From Hemiscyllium ocellatum (taxonomy: Eukaryota), in the NCBI RefSeq assembly GCF_020745735.1, contig NC_083413.1, forward strand, positions 28,892,001-28,956,000: 64,000 nucleotides of DNA, in the 5' to 3' direction. Both the position numbers and the translations under genes were made by a program. The notes under the pieces were generated by a model that was given only the letters and a program-made list of their open reading frames with translations, did not search any database and was not told where the DNA came from. Below are positions 26,140 through 39,060 of the stretch, piece by piece (within the stretch, counting starts at the first letter, position 1; every line of letters starts with the position of its first letter).

Positions 26140-26500
26140 CAACAGGTACCCTTTATCAATGGCATATGTAGCTACATTGTGTCCACAGCACACTCATAGA
26201 GCTCCCTCAATATCCAGATAGTGCTCCACAAGTAATGTATCCATAATGCCAACGGCTGATGTGCAGGAAGTTGCAATGATGCCTTCATCTTTGTCATTTG
26301 ACCTTCTCTGACCTCTTTAGAGAATAGAACCAGATCCACAGCTGTCTCCTGTAGGACAAAGTGCAATCCTTGTTCTCATGCCTCATGACCTTAGAATGCC
26401 CCAAATAGCAGCTGGTGATCAAGAGAACTATCAGGGTATTGAAAAGTATCATTTCAGCGAATGGATGAGTCAGATGGAGGCCTACAGTATGCTGCAATTT
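26140..26500 (+). mobile_element. PIF/Harbinger transposase pseudogene fragment
   Basis: Ordered motifs ING.YVA, SLNIQIV, GSCNDAFI, LL*DK...LMT, I.RTI.VLK and GGLQY correspond to Harbinger IDxTH, SLNVQ, PGSxHDA, LLGDxGY and GxLQY. Confidence 0.7.
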
Positions 26501-28088
26501 GAATGCTCAGAATGTATCCTTTAAAAATTTGCCATTCAGGAACAGTTTGCTTCCTTACAACTTCTCTTCCAATTCACAATATTGTTGGTTCTGTTCTCAA
26601 TTTCTCCTCCCTGATCTTTTTGGTCTTTTTCAGTAATCATGATTATTGCTGATCTCTTTCATCAAGTTTACTCACTATCTTTGCCACTAGTTTCTGAGTT
26701 GATCTCACTTTGCTCTTGGCTGTGTCTGTGCTTCCCTAACAGATTTTAACTACCTATTCGTCTTGTCCCTTTCTTTTGCTCGTCTCTGCCATTACAATTG
26801 AAAGTGAGCTTTCCAGGTCAGTAATTCAAACAAGCATTTGACAGTCAGCCCCCACCATTTGATAACAGCGCAAGAATATCATAGCTGCCATTTCAATTTT
26901 GGTCCAAGTTGCCTCTAGTAGCTCCTGGCTCAATACTAACTAATAAATTCCTTCATCTAATTTGTGACCAAAATGAATTATGTGGCAGATGCTGTAGTTA
27001 GGAGTGGGAATAAAACCAGCAGTTTCAATTGAGTGGAAGGTCCAAAATTGAGATCCTGACAGAATTAAGTTCTAGGAACTTAAAAAAATGATTGCGCTTC
27101 CCAACATTTGGGAAGCCATTTTGCATGTACTTGCAGGTTATGCTTGCTCATTGAAATTAATTGCCCCTTCTCAATTAAGTTCCACAAGCAAAATGTGCCT
27201 TCAGATTTGCAATCTATATTAGTGACATGAAATAGTCATCTTCCAGGAGTTTGAAGTGAATAGCCATTGTTTTCTCCTGTTTGGAGAGTATTCTTCTAAG
27301 TTATGTCAGAATTGAGATCAGATGATGGCAATATAGTCCGCAGGGGGTTCAGTGGATGATCAAGGGAGGAAGACTGAAGAATAATTAATATGGGTTAAGG
27401 AGGCTGGCCAAGCTGAAAGTCAAACTGTGGAGAGGTGGAAAGATGGAAATGATCAGAATGTTTCACTGCATTTGCTTTGAGTTCTTGAGAGAGATTTCTG
27501 GCTTTCAGGATGAAGGATGGGAAAACATTCTGGCTGTAAGAACTGCTCCTTTTCTTTAAGGCATTTTAGGTGTTGGAGGTGATTTCCTCGAATTCCAGGA
27601 GCAGCAATTACTGTGTTATATGCTGTTGCGTTGTTTTGGAACTTTGGAAAAAAAAAGTCAAAACAACAGCAGTTTAAAAGGGGGAAGAACAGACAAAGGA
27701 AGCACATGGTGAGGTCAGTGCAGGAGAGAGACAGAGAGAGAACCTGCACAGTTGCTACTTTTGCTGTTTGAAATCGTGTATCGCTGGACATCGGAGTGCA
27801 CCTGGGAAAATTAACAAACGGTGAAATTCACAACTAATCTTGGAGGAACTGTTGGGTGAAGTTCACAGCACAGAATCAGATACATTAATTGTTGTTTTAA
27901 ATCTGTCCAAGAGAAAGGCTGCAGTAGTGAGCATAATGGATTCTTTCTTGATTATATGTTTTTTTGGAGATAAGTCTCTTGATTAAACTTTAAATATAAG
28001 CCATAGCAATTAATTTAACCTGGGGCAGTGTTTGTTGAGGAATAAGATGGTGTTATTTTCTGGGTCTGTACATTATGAAGGAGCAAAA

Positions 28089-29010
28089 ATGGCTTTTGCA
28101 GTGATATGTACTTCTTGTCAGATGTGGGAGTTTAAAGAGAGTTTAAGGGTTACTGCGGATTGTATCTGCCATAAATGCTGTTGGATGCGAATCTTATCAG
28201 ATCGAGTGGAGAGACAGATAGAAGCTATGAGGAATTTGCAACAGCAACAATACGTGATGGATGGCAGTTATAGGAAGGGGGGAAAGTCTCAGATACAGTC
28301 ACATAGATGGGTTAACTACAGAAAGGGTAAGAGAGGTAGGCAGCTAGTGCAGGAGTCTTTTGTGGATATACCCATTTCAAACAGGTATGATGTCTTGGAA
28401 AATGTAGGGGGTGATGGATTCTCAGTGGAACGTAGAACGAACAGCCAAGTTTCTGGTATTGAGACTGGCTCTAATACAACCAGGGGTACGTCAGCTTCCA
28501 AGAGATCAATTGTGTTAGGGGATTCTGTAGTCAGAGGTACAGACAGACGTTTCTGTGGCCAGCAGAGAAAAAGCAGAATGATGTGTTGTTTCCCTGGTGC
28601 CAGGACCAAGGATGTCTCAGAGAGGGTGCAGAATGTTCTCACGGGGGAGAGGGGCCAGCAGGAGGTCATTGTCCATACTGGAACCAACGACATTGGAAGG
28701 GAAAAGATTGAGATTCTGACGGAGATTACAGAGAGTTAGGTAGAATTTTAAAAAGGAGGTTGTCAAGAGTAGTAATATCTGGATTACTCCCAGTGCTACG
28801 AGTTAGTGAGGGCAGGAATAAGAGGATAGAGCAGATGAATGCATGGCTGAGGAGCTGGTGTATGGGAGAAGGATTCACATTTGGGGATCATTGCAATCTC
28901 TTTTGGAGTAGAAGTGACCTGTACAAGAAGGACGATTGCACCTAAATTGGAAGTGGACTAATACACTGACAGGGAAATTTGCTAGAACTGCTTGGGAGGA
29001 ATTAAACTAG
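28089..29010 (+). pseudogene. CR1 ORF1 (zinc finger + SGNH/GDSL esterase), frameshifted
   Basis: CTSCQMW...ICHKC; IVLGDSVVRG, CFPGA, VIVHTGTNDIG, VVISGLLPV. Confidence 0.9.
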
Positions 29011-29119
29011 TAAGGTGGGGGGGGGGTGGGACCCAGGGAGATAGTGAGGAAAGAGTTCGATCTGAGATGGGTACAGCTGAGAACAGAAGTGAGTCAAACA
29101 GTCAGGGCAGGCAGGACTA

Positions 29120-31897
29120 ATAAATTAAACTGCATTTATTTCAATGCAAGGGGCCTAACAGGGAAGGCAGATGAACCCAGGGCATGGTTAGGAACATGGG
29201 ACTGGGATATCATAGCAATTACGGAAACATGGCTCAGGGATGGGCAGGACTGGCAGCTTAATATTCCAGGATACAAATGCTACTGGAAGGATAGAAAGGG
29301 AGGCAAGAGAGGAGGGGGTGTGGCATTTTTGATAAGGGATAGCATTGCAGCTGTGCTGAGGGAGGATATTCCTGGAAATACATCCAGGGACGTTATTTGG
29401 GTTGAACTGAGAAATAAGAAAGGGATGATCACCTTATTGGGATTGTATTATAGACCCCCCAATAGTCAGAGGGAAATTGTGAAACAAACTTGCAAGGAGA
29501 TCTCAGCTATCTGTAAGAATAATAGAGTGGTTATGGTAGGGGATTTTAACTTTCCAAACATCAACTGGGACTGTCATAGTGTGAAAGGTTTAGATGGAGA
29601 GGAATTTCTTAAGTGTGTACAAGACAATTTTCTGATTCAGTATGTGGATGTACCTACGCGAGAAAGTGCAAAACTTGACCCACTCTTGGGAAATAAGACA
29701 GGGCAGGTGACTGAGGTGTCAGTGGGGGAGCACTTTGGGGCCAGCGACCATAATTCTATTCATTTTAAAATAGTGATGGAAAAGGATAGACAAGATCTAA
29801 AAGTTGAAGTTCTAAATGGGAGAAAGGCTAATTTTGACGGGATTAGGCAAGAATATTCAAAAGCTGATTGGAGGCAGGTGTTCACAGGTAAACGGACGGC
29901 TGGATAATGGGAAGCCTTCAGAAATGGGATACGAGAATCCAGAGAAAGTATATTCCTGTCAGGGTGAAAGGGAAGGCTCAGAGGTATAGGGGATGCTGGA
30001 TGACAAAAGAAATTGAGGGTTTGGTTAAGAAAATGAAGGAAGCATATGTCAGGTATAGACAGGATAGATCGAGTGAATTCTTAGAAAGTAGGAGTGTAAA
30101 GAAAGTAGGAGTATACTTAAGAGGGAAATCAGGAGGGCAAAATGAGGACATGAGATAGCTTTGGCAAATAGAATTAAGGAGATTCCAAAGGGTTTTTACA
30201 AATATATTAAGGACAAAAGGATAACGAGGGAGAGAATAGGGCCCCTCAAAGATCAGCAAGACGGCCTTTGTGTGGGGCCACAGAAAATGGGGGAGATACT
30301 AAATGAATATTTTGCATCAGTATTTACTGTGGAAAAGGATATGGAAGTTATAGACTGTAGGGAAATAGATAGTGACATCTTGCAAAATGTCCAGATTACA
30401 GAGGAAGAAGTGCTGGATGTCTTGAAACGGTTAAAGGTGGATAAACCCCAGGACCTGATCAGGTGTACCCGAGAACTCTGTGGGAAGCTAGAGAAGTGAT
30501 TCCTGGGCCTCTGGCCGAGATATTTGTATCATCGATAGTCACAGGTGAGGTGCCGGAAGACTGGAGGTTGGCGAACGTGGTACCACTGTTTAAGAAGGGT
30601 GGTAAGGACAAGCCAGGGAACTATAGACCAGTGAGCCTGACCTCGGTGGTGGGCAAGTTGTTGGAGAGAATCCTGAGGGACAGGATGTACATGTATTTGG
30701 AAAGGCAAGGACTGATTCAGGATAGTCAACGTGGCTTTGTGCATGGGAAATCATGTCTTACAAACTTGATTGAGTTTTTTGATGAAGTAACAAAGTAGAT
30801 TGATGAGGGCAGAGCAGTAGATGTGATCTTTATGGACTTCAGTAAGGTGTTCTCCCCATGGGAGACTGATTAGCAAGGTTAGATCTCATGGAATACAGGG
30901 AGAATTAGCCATTTGGATACAGAACTGGCTCAAAGGCAGAAGACAGAGGGTGGTGGTGGAGGGTTGTTTTTCAGACTGGAGGCGTGTGACCAGTGGAGTG
31001 CCACAAGGATCGGTGCTGGGCCCTCTACTTTTTGTCATTTACAGAAATGATTTGGATGCGCGCATAAGAAGTACAGTTAGTAAGTTTGCAGATGACACCA
31101 AACTTGGAGGTGTAGTGGACAGCGAAGAGGGTTACCTCAGATTACAACAGGATCTGGATCAGATGGGCCAATGGGCTGAGAAGTGGCAGATGGAGTTTAA
31201 TTCAGATAAATGCGAGGTGCTGCATTTTGGGAAAGCAAATCTTAGCAGGACTTATACACTTAATGGTAAGGTCCTAGGGAGTGCTGCTGAACAAAGAGAC
31301 CTTGGAGTGCAGGTTCATAGCTCCTTGAAAGTGGAGTCACAGGTAGATAGGATAGTGAAGAAGGCATTTGGTATGATTTCCTTTATTGGTCAGAGTATTG
31401 AGTACAGGAATTGAGAGGTCATGTTGCGGCTGTACAGGACAATTGGTTAGGCCACTGTTGGAATATTGCGTGCAATCCTGGTCTTCTTCCTATCGGAAAG
31501 ATGTTGTGAAACTTGAAAGGGTTCAGAAAAGATTTACAAGCATGTTGCCAGGGTTGGAGGATTTGAGCTACAGGGAGAGGCTGAACAGGCTGGGACTGTT
31601 TTCCCTGGAGCGTCGGAGGCTGAGGGGTGACCTTATAGAGGTTTACAAAATTTTGAGGGGCATGGATAGGTCGGGGAGTCCAGAACTAGAGGGCATAGGT
31701 TTAGGGTGAGAGGGGAAAGATATAAAAGTGATCTAAGGGGTAACATTTTCATGCAGAGGGTGGTATGTGTATGGAATGAGCTGCCAGAGGAAGTGGTGGA
31801 GGTTGGTACATTTGCAACAGATAAGAGTCATTTGGGTGGGTATATAAATAGGAAAGGTTTGGAGGGATATGGGCCGGGGGCTGGCAGGTGCGACTAG
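29120..31897 (+). pseudogene. CR1 ORF2 (AP endonuclease + reverse transcriptase), fragmented
   Basis: NARGL, DIIAITETWL, GDFN, SDHN; YRPVSLTSVVGK, GVPQGSVLGP, FADDTK; split over at least 7 ORFs. Confidence 0.95.
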
Positions 31898-33009
31898 ATT
31901 GGGTTGGGATATCTGGTCAGCACGGATGGGTTGGACCGAAGGGTCTGTTTCTGTGCTGTACATTTCTCTGACTCTATGAATGACCTTGAAATATGCTGTG
32001 CATGCCTTTAAGTAAAAGGGTAATGGAGGCATCGACTTCCTATCTGAGCTGTCACAAAACTCGCCATGCGCATATGTAATGAGCTGACAAACTGCAAAAT
32101 GGTGCTAGAAAAGCTGACCCATCACAGAACGGAAGTATCACTCATTTCCGTACCTATCGGCAAAGCTTTACTGCATAATGGAAGGCTCCACCTATGTAAA
32201 TCTTAAATATTCTCAAACTTACACTGTTGAGAAAAACTTTAAGATGTGAATCAACTGGAGGTATCATCTCATGCTAAAATATCCATGCATCCAACCCTTT
32301 TGTCCACCTTGTTGAATGAAGCCAGGAGGTGAATCACCACAGTTATGGTGATGGTTGAGACTTTAGTAAGAAAGGGTTCTCTAGGTGCATGTTATTGACA
32401 AAATGGAGAAAGCAGATCAAAGAATACTACAGTATATGTAACTGCAACCTTGTCCATGGGTTATTACTGAGGATCTAAAATCTGTATTTAGGCTGTTGTC
32501 AGGAGTAACCATTTTATGCATGCTTTAATTAACTACAAAATGGCTTCTTAATACAAAGTAACACAACAAAATGGCTTCAAGCTGCATTCCTGCATTGCTG
32601 AACTAACTGAATTAAAGATAAAGCAGAACAATGGACCGTTCATAGAATGAAATTAACTAAGCTGGATAGGACATTACTAATTATTTTAGTTAACCTTGAA
32701 ATGCATGTGGGAAGAGATAAGTGTGTAATAAACAACTTTGTTTTCCAGAAAATATCATTGGGTTAACCATTATGTCATTTATTACATGTTATTGGATTTA
32801 TTCTGTAATTAAGGCTGTACTATTTCTTAAGAAACATACAAAAAAAAATTGCCTTTGTTCTAAGTGAAATTGCACAGCTTCTCGAAGGAACACAGAAGCT
32901 GTTAACCTCTGTGTTGCTCGACAAACCTGTGCCCGGCATCGAAATACACTGTGAAATTTTGCTGAAGCAGATTATTTGACTGATCACAGAACTGAGAGAC
33001 CCCTCTCCG

Positions 33010-33035
33010 GGTGGGGGGGGGGGAGGTGGGGGGGA
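33010..33035 (+). repeat. G-rich homopolymer tract
   Basis: gggtggggggggggaggtgggggga. Confidence 0.85.
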
Positions 33036-33487
33036 GCTGTCGAGATCTACATTATCAGTGACAAAAGAAATGCCTCATACAGCACAGAGTATTTTCTAAA
33101 CAGATACAGAAGATTGAATATTTAAGCTCTGATGGGAATGGCCATAGATGCAGACAGCTGTGTTAATTTGTGCTATTAGCCCTCTCTCATTTACTTGAAA
33201 AGGCCATTTGCTGTTTTATCAATGCTGCAAAGTTACCTATTGGCCCTCCAACTCAGAGAACCCACACCTTGGCCTTAATCGAGTGATGAGCCCATCTGCT
33301 GATCATTAATTGGTTAAATCATTGACCATTTATTATTATTATAATTATTTATTATTATTATAATTAATTGACCATTTTGGCAGGATCCTGAAATGAAATT
33401 AATTCTTGGAAAGCATTTCCCAGCATTACATCAGAGTTTGAAACACAAAATGGCACAGCCATACTTTAGATCTAACTTTAAACTTAC

Positions 33488-33693
33488 TCCTTCAACTATC
33501 TTCCAGTTTTCTTTCTTTGTGAGGAAAACAGTTTTCCTGGAAACCCACTGACTCCAGTAAATTCTGTAATGGTGAATGAAGAGATCTTCCTCTTGAGGTG
33601 GATCCCAGTGAATTATAAGACTGAAAATGTTGTTGTGCCTTGCAGTAAAGTTGCCTTTCCACAGATTTCTTGGTGCACCTGGCGGTGAGGGAT
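33488..33693 (-). CDS. anos1: anosmin exon 7 (FN3-2): DPSPPGAPRNLWKGNFTARHNNIFSLIIHWDPPQEEDLFIHHYRIYWSQWVSRKTVFLTKKENWKIVEG
   Basis: ttttctacag|AT...GGA|gtaagt; 206 nt; DPS.P.AP.NL and HHY...WS motifs. Confidence 0.95.
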
Positions 33694-33892
33694 CTGTAGA
33701 AAAGCCACAAGTAGAGTGCAGTCAGATAAAAGGATCTGGTCATAAAACCCCTTACCAAGATGGCCTAGGTCATATCATGTAATTCCTAGCTACTACTTGA
33801 AATTACTATGCACTTTGGAAAGCATGTCTTAAACACAATAAGGTTTATGACAAACCTCTCTGTTAAGTTGGTTTTAATTAATATTAATTGGT

Positions 33893-34210
33893 GGGCGGCA
33901 CGGTGGCACAGTGGTTAGCACTGCTACCTCACAGTGCCAGAGACCTGGGTTCAATTCCTGACTCAGGCGACTGACTGACTGTGTGGAGTTTGCATGTTCT
34001 CCCCATGTCTGTGTGGGTTTCCTCCGGGTGCTCCGGTTTCCTCCCACAGTCCAAAGATGTGCAGGTCAGGTGAATTGGCCATGCTAAATTGCCCGTAGTG
34101 TTGGGTAAATGTAGGGGAATGGGTGGGTTGCGCTTCGGCAGGTCGGTGTGGACTTGTTGGGCCGAAGGGCCTGTTTCCACACTGTAAGTAATCAATCTAA
34201 TCTAATCTAA
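33893..34210 (+). mobile_element. HE1-type V-SINE, full length
   Basis: A box TGGCACAGTGG, B box GGTTCAATTCC, V core gtgtggagtttgca...cctccgggtgctccggtttcctcccacag, CR1-like 3' end, (TAATC)n tail. Confidence 0.93.
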
Positions 34211-34970
34211 AAAAATAGAAAGTCAATTATTTGAGCTGTTTCTACCATTTCCAGTCTTCTGATATCATACCTTAGATAACACAGTAAACTGATCTTTTGT
34301 GAGCTTGTGGACCAGAAGGATTGACCTGATAGACATACATTGTCTAGGCAATTCTGAATAAAGATCATACATACCCAGTGAGTTATTTCTCGACTTTTAT
34401 TGGTGAAAGTGGGTATTGGGCAGTTTAGGACTGCAATTCATGATAGAACACTTTAGACTATAATATAGTGGATAGATCCCAGTCTATGGAAGAAGTCGAC
34501 TTGATGGGCTTTTTTTTCCCTTCTGCTTCTCATGCAACTAATGCAACTGAACATAATTCATCCACCCCGGAATGAGAAGTGGACTTGCAGTGAATCAGCA
34601 ACGTATTATACAACACACGTTTAAAAAAAAACTTTTCTGCTGACTTAGGAAGGATTATCAAGATTTTTACTTTCCAAACAAGCAATAGTGACAGTCAGAC
34701 TCAGAAACAAATCTTCAAAAAGAATTTGAACTATTGTTCTGTGAAACTCAGTGGAATAAAGATCAGGAATGGTGAAAAGCTCACTGCTGATTTGCTACAA
34801 GCTGGTTTTATACCACTCGCACATGGATTAATTTCATTCTGTTAGTCTTGATTCTTCATTAAGAAGGCGATGTTAAGAAAAAGATGCGGTAAACTTTTTT
34901 GTACATGATGCAAAAATGAATGCAAGCAATCACAAACTATTGATTTATGCGTAAAGTTGAGGTGTTTTAA

Positions 34971-35254
34971 AGATTAGATTCCCTACAGTGTGGAAACAGG
35001 CCCTTCAGCCCAACAAGTCCACACTGACCCTCCAAAGGGTAACCCACCCAGACCCATTTCCCTCTACCTAATACTATGGGCAATTTAGCATGGCCAATTC
35101 ACCTGACCTACACATTTTCAGACTGTGGGAGGAAACCCACACAGACACAGGGAGAATGTGCAAACTCCACACAGTGAGTTACCTGAGGCTGGAATTGTAC
35201 CTAGGACCCTGGTGCTATGAGGCAGTATTGCTAACCATTAAGCCACTATGCCAC
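34971..35254 (-). mobile_element. HE1-type V-SINE, diverged
   Basis: Reverse complement of 33893-34210 with small deletions. Confidence 0.9.
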
Positions 35255-36769
35255 TCAAACAATCCTCATTTGAATTCATTCTTTATAAGGCATTAGCCCA
35301 TTCAGCAATTAAGGTAACAAATATGGTTACACTTTATTATTACAGATGAGTTTGAATTCACTATTTTATGATATTTCTTTCTTTCCTCATGAGGCATGTT
35401 TGTGTAATCTACAATAAATCAATGACAGCATTGGGTTTATAGGCCAGTACAATCTAGAAGTAAACAGACATATAATGCCTCAATAGTCTTGTAATTAATT
35501 GTCCACATGGTAGAATACAGGATAGAGACATTGCTTTCTTGAAAATTATGGGGATGACTTAGGGCTTGGAGCAAACAAATGTTGAAAGAAATCCAATATC
35601 GTTGAATTAAGTCAGTGGATTTCAGAGTTGGTTCTCTGATGTTTCCTCCGCAGCCTGATTTATCAGCATCTGTTGAAGAATAAAAGGCTGACAGCTCCTT
35701 TATCACTTGGACAAGGGTACTGGATCCTCACAGTGGCCCATTGTCACAAATCAAACTTCAAGGCTTGGCCTTTTGCTCAAACTTGCTGCTGTTTTATCCC
35801 ACGAACAGCGTTAGTTTCAATAGTGTCTCAGAAAGCTGCAGAATGGCTGAAGTTGCAATGTTTTTTTGAAAAATAGGCTAATGATCAATGAAATCTTTGT
35901 ATAATTAACAAGAGGACTTCAATCAATAGAGTTCTACTAAAATCCTAATGCACCTGTGTGAACCTCATTCAAGTCAGGCTGAACTCTAGCCCTTTAACCT
36001 TGGGGTAAATGTTTCATGTGATGAAAAAGAAAACATCCTTGCTGGAACAAAGAAAAATGATAAAACTTTGATAATATCAAGGCCTACTCTATTCTGCAGA
36101 CTAAATGTTCAGTTGTCAGTTGTATCTTTTCTTCACATATTATTAGTATGGCCTAGTCTTTCATCAGGAGCACTTGTGAGGTTATATGTAGAAGGATGCA
36201 GGATGAAACCTCTGACCTGCCATTTTCTGATTCATGTAAAAGTATGTAAAGAAATAACTGGTCAGCTGACTACTGTTTCTGCCTCTGAAATTCTTCAGCA
36301 TCTTTTTGGTTTTTCAAAAATACTCTCACCTTCCACCCAATCTTGGGATGGTTAGTGAAATGAATGTAACATGCAAACATGTAGTGAGTAAGCACACTGA
36401 AACTTTAATACTATATCTGCCACACAGAGCTGGATGAATTTTAAGTTCTGAAGTGAGATTGAGTAAGGGTGTTCAATCAAGCAGGAGGGCATGGGGTGGA
36501 AACTCTGTCTTGCACAATTAAGTTTGTTGTGGGAAGACGTTTGGACAGACTTCTTGTTTGGACATCAAATTGAGACCCTTCAGTGAGGTTGGGGCATGTC
36601 ATGTCAGGAGACTGACAAGCAAAGTCAGATGTGCCTAGTGGGAGTGGAGACCAGGTCTCTACATCACGGGCACTTTTTTCCCATTTGAGGTGAATGGGTC
36701 CTACTTAAACAACTTCCTCTACCCATTCCTCTGACATCCTTTCCCCTTGAGCTTTCTCTCATCCTTACT

Positions 36770-37222
36770 TGCCTTTCCACAGGGAACTGACAATGATCTA
36801 TGATGAAAGCCCGAGTGAACATCTGGCAGCAGCCACCAGGGGTGCTGTTGGTACCAAAGAGATGCTTGCCTTTGACTGGCTGGATCTCAAGATCATTGCA
36901 GAAATTCATCAAGACTCCTTAGACTGCACCGTCCAAACCCACAATTACTACCATCAAGAAGGACAAAGGCAGCAGAATACAGTGGAACAACACCACCTAC
37001 AAGTTCCCCTGATTATCCAATCTTAGAAATACATCAACGTTTCTTCAGTGTTGCTGGGTCAAAACCTTGGATCTCCTTCTCTAAAGACATTATGGGTTAC
37101 CTCACCAAATGGGCTGCAGCCATTCGAGAAGGCAGCTCACTACCACCTCCTCAAAGACAATTATGAATGGGCAACAAATTGGCCCAGCCATGCATGCCCA
37201 TATCCCATGAGTGAATTTAAAA
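36770..37222 (+). mobile_element. L2-like LINE 3' fragment
   Basis: ...gggctgcagccattcgagaaggcagctcactaccacc...cccatatcccatgagtgaatt; tail shared with SINE 5798-6163. Confidence 0.65.
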
Positions 37223-37324
37223 TCGGCAGAGATCCCCACTTCTGACCACATGATTATGGGAAAGTCATTGATGAAGCTCATGAAAACGGTTGGGCCTAGA
37301 GATAGTTCCTGCAGTGATATCCTG

Positions 37325-38215
37325 GAGCTGAGATATAGATGATTTGGATGAGATTTTATGTGACATAGCTAGTAAGTTTGTGGATAACACCTAAATTGGT
37401 GGTATAATGGACAGTGAAGAAGGTTATCTAAAATTACAAAGAGATCCATGATCAATTGGGTTAGTGGGCTGAAGACTGGCAAACAGAGTTTAATTCGGAT
37501 AGATGCAAGGTATTGCATTTTGGTAAAACAAACAAGGGCAGGATTAATACTATTAGGGCCATGGGTAGTGTTGTAGAACAGAGACCTAATGGTTCCGGTA
37601 CATAATTCTTTGAAATTTACAACACATGTAGACAGGGTGGTTAAAGTGTCTACATGTTTCTCTTCATTGTTCAGACCTTTTGAGTATAGGAGTTGGGGTG
37701 TCATGTTCAGGTTGCATAGGATGTTGGTGAGGCCTCTTCTGGAGTACTGAGTCCAGTTCTGATCACCCTGCTGTAGAAAGGTTAGTATTAAAATGGAGAG
37801 GGTTCAGCAAAGATTTACCAGGACGCTGTCAGGAATGGAAGGTTTCAGTTATAAAGATAGGCTGGGATTTTGTTCACTGGAGCAGAGGAGGTTGAGGGGA
37901 GGCCTTATAGAGGTTTATAAAATCATGAGAGGCATTTCCCTAGTTTGGGGGAGTTCAAAACCAGGGAGTATATTTGTGAGATGAGAAGAGAAAAATTTAA
38001 AAAGGGGCAACATTTTTTTTTACAGTGGCTTATGAGTGGAATGAACTGCCAGAGGAAGTGATGGATGCAGGTACAATTCCAATATTTAAAAGGCATTTGG
38101 ATAAGTTCAAATAGGAAAGGTTTGGATGGATATGGCCCAAGTGCAGGCAAGTGGGACAAGTTTAATTTGGGAACATGGTTGGTGTGGACAAGTTGGACCA
38201 GCGAGTCTGTCTCCA
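37325..38215 (+). mobile_element. CR1-type LINE 3' fragment
   Basis: ERVQQRFTRTLSG, RRLRGGLIEVYK. Confidence 0.88.
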
Positions 38216-38289
38216 TAGTTACAGCAATTTTCCTTGGTGCTCGGTATGATTCCAATTACCGACAGTTTATCTCCTGATTCCCAATGAAT

Positions 38290-38490
38290 CCTATTTTTCT
38301 TGGGCTTTTTGATGCCCACTCTGTCAAATGCAGCCTTCACACAGTCCCTCCCCCCAACCTTTTATCTCCGCCCACTTGGCACATTAGCGTCATGCCTGAA
38401 GAAGGGCTTATGCCCGAAACATCGATTCTCCTGCTCCTCGGATGCTGCCTGGCCTGCTGTGTTTTTCCAGCACCACACTTCTTGACTTCA
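38290..38490 (+). mobile_element. Penelope-derived pLTR fragment with hammerhead motif at 38396-38423
   Basis: CTGAAGA-A-GGGC-ttat-GCCC-GAAAC-ATC, then ctcctcggatgctgcctggcctgctgtgtttttccagcaccacac. Confidence 0.8.
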
Positions 38491-38494
38491 TACA

Positions 38495-39060
38495 GTCAAG
38501 GGCAATCATTCTCAAAGCTGGAGTCCAACTCTTTTGTCCATACTTGGAGCAAAATGTTAATGAGGTCAGAATCCGAGTGGCCCTACCAGAAACCTTCTGA
38601 GCACCAAAATGGTGATGATCAAGAGTAGACTGAAGTGATGGAAGGAATAGTTGACAGTGCTGTTAAGCAGCATGTGGCAAATGAATAACACATTGACTGG
38701 TGCTCAGAAGTGATGGAAGGATAGATCAACCAGCATTTTGTGCACAGGACATACCTGGTCAATGTTCTACATTAAAGATAGAAACCAGTGTTGTGGCTGA
38801 ACTGGAACAGTCTCGTTAACTGTGTGGTGAATTCTTTATGTGAATCTTCAGGACTATTGTCAGAATGTTATCAGAGACTATAGCTTTTTCAATATTTTGT
38901 GATACTTCTAGATATTACGTGGAGTAAAGTGAATCAGTAGAAGACTGGCATCTATAATGTTGGGGACTTGAGGAGGAGGCCAAAATGGATCAACCACTTG
39001 GTACTTTGGGTTAAAGATAGATGGAAATATTTCTGCCTTGCCTTCTGCAATGTTCTGGCG
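38495..39060 (-). mobile_element. Degenerate L2-like LINE RT fragment
   Basis: Decayed RT-like sequence; family assignment by recall only. Confidence 0.45.

Larger units (their letters stand above)
27510..31978 (+). mobile_element. Near-full-length CR1-clade LINE (HER1-like), inactivated
   Basis: 5' UTR, ORF1, ORF2 (APE + RT) and 3' end ggaccgaagggtctgtttc...tctctgactctatg; several frameshifts and stops; 5' boundary approximate. Confidence 0.95.

Noticed and set aside
33893-33965. tRNA-like sequence with A and B boxes (also at 39618, 39884, 40883, 5805)
   Set aside because: These are SINE heads followed by V/Deu cores and LINE-derived tails, not tRNA genes.
33929-34195. Recurrent ORFs DCGRKPEHPEETH / VWSLHILPVSAWVSSG
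   Set aside because: Translations of the HE1 SINE core, not proteins.
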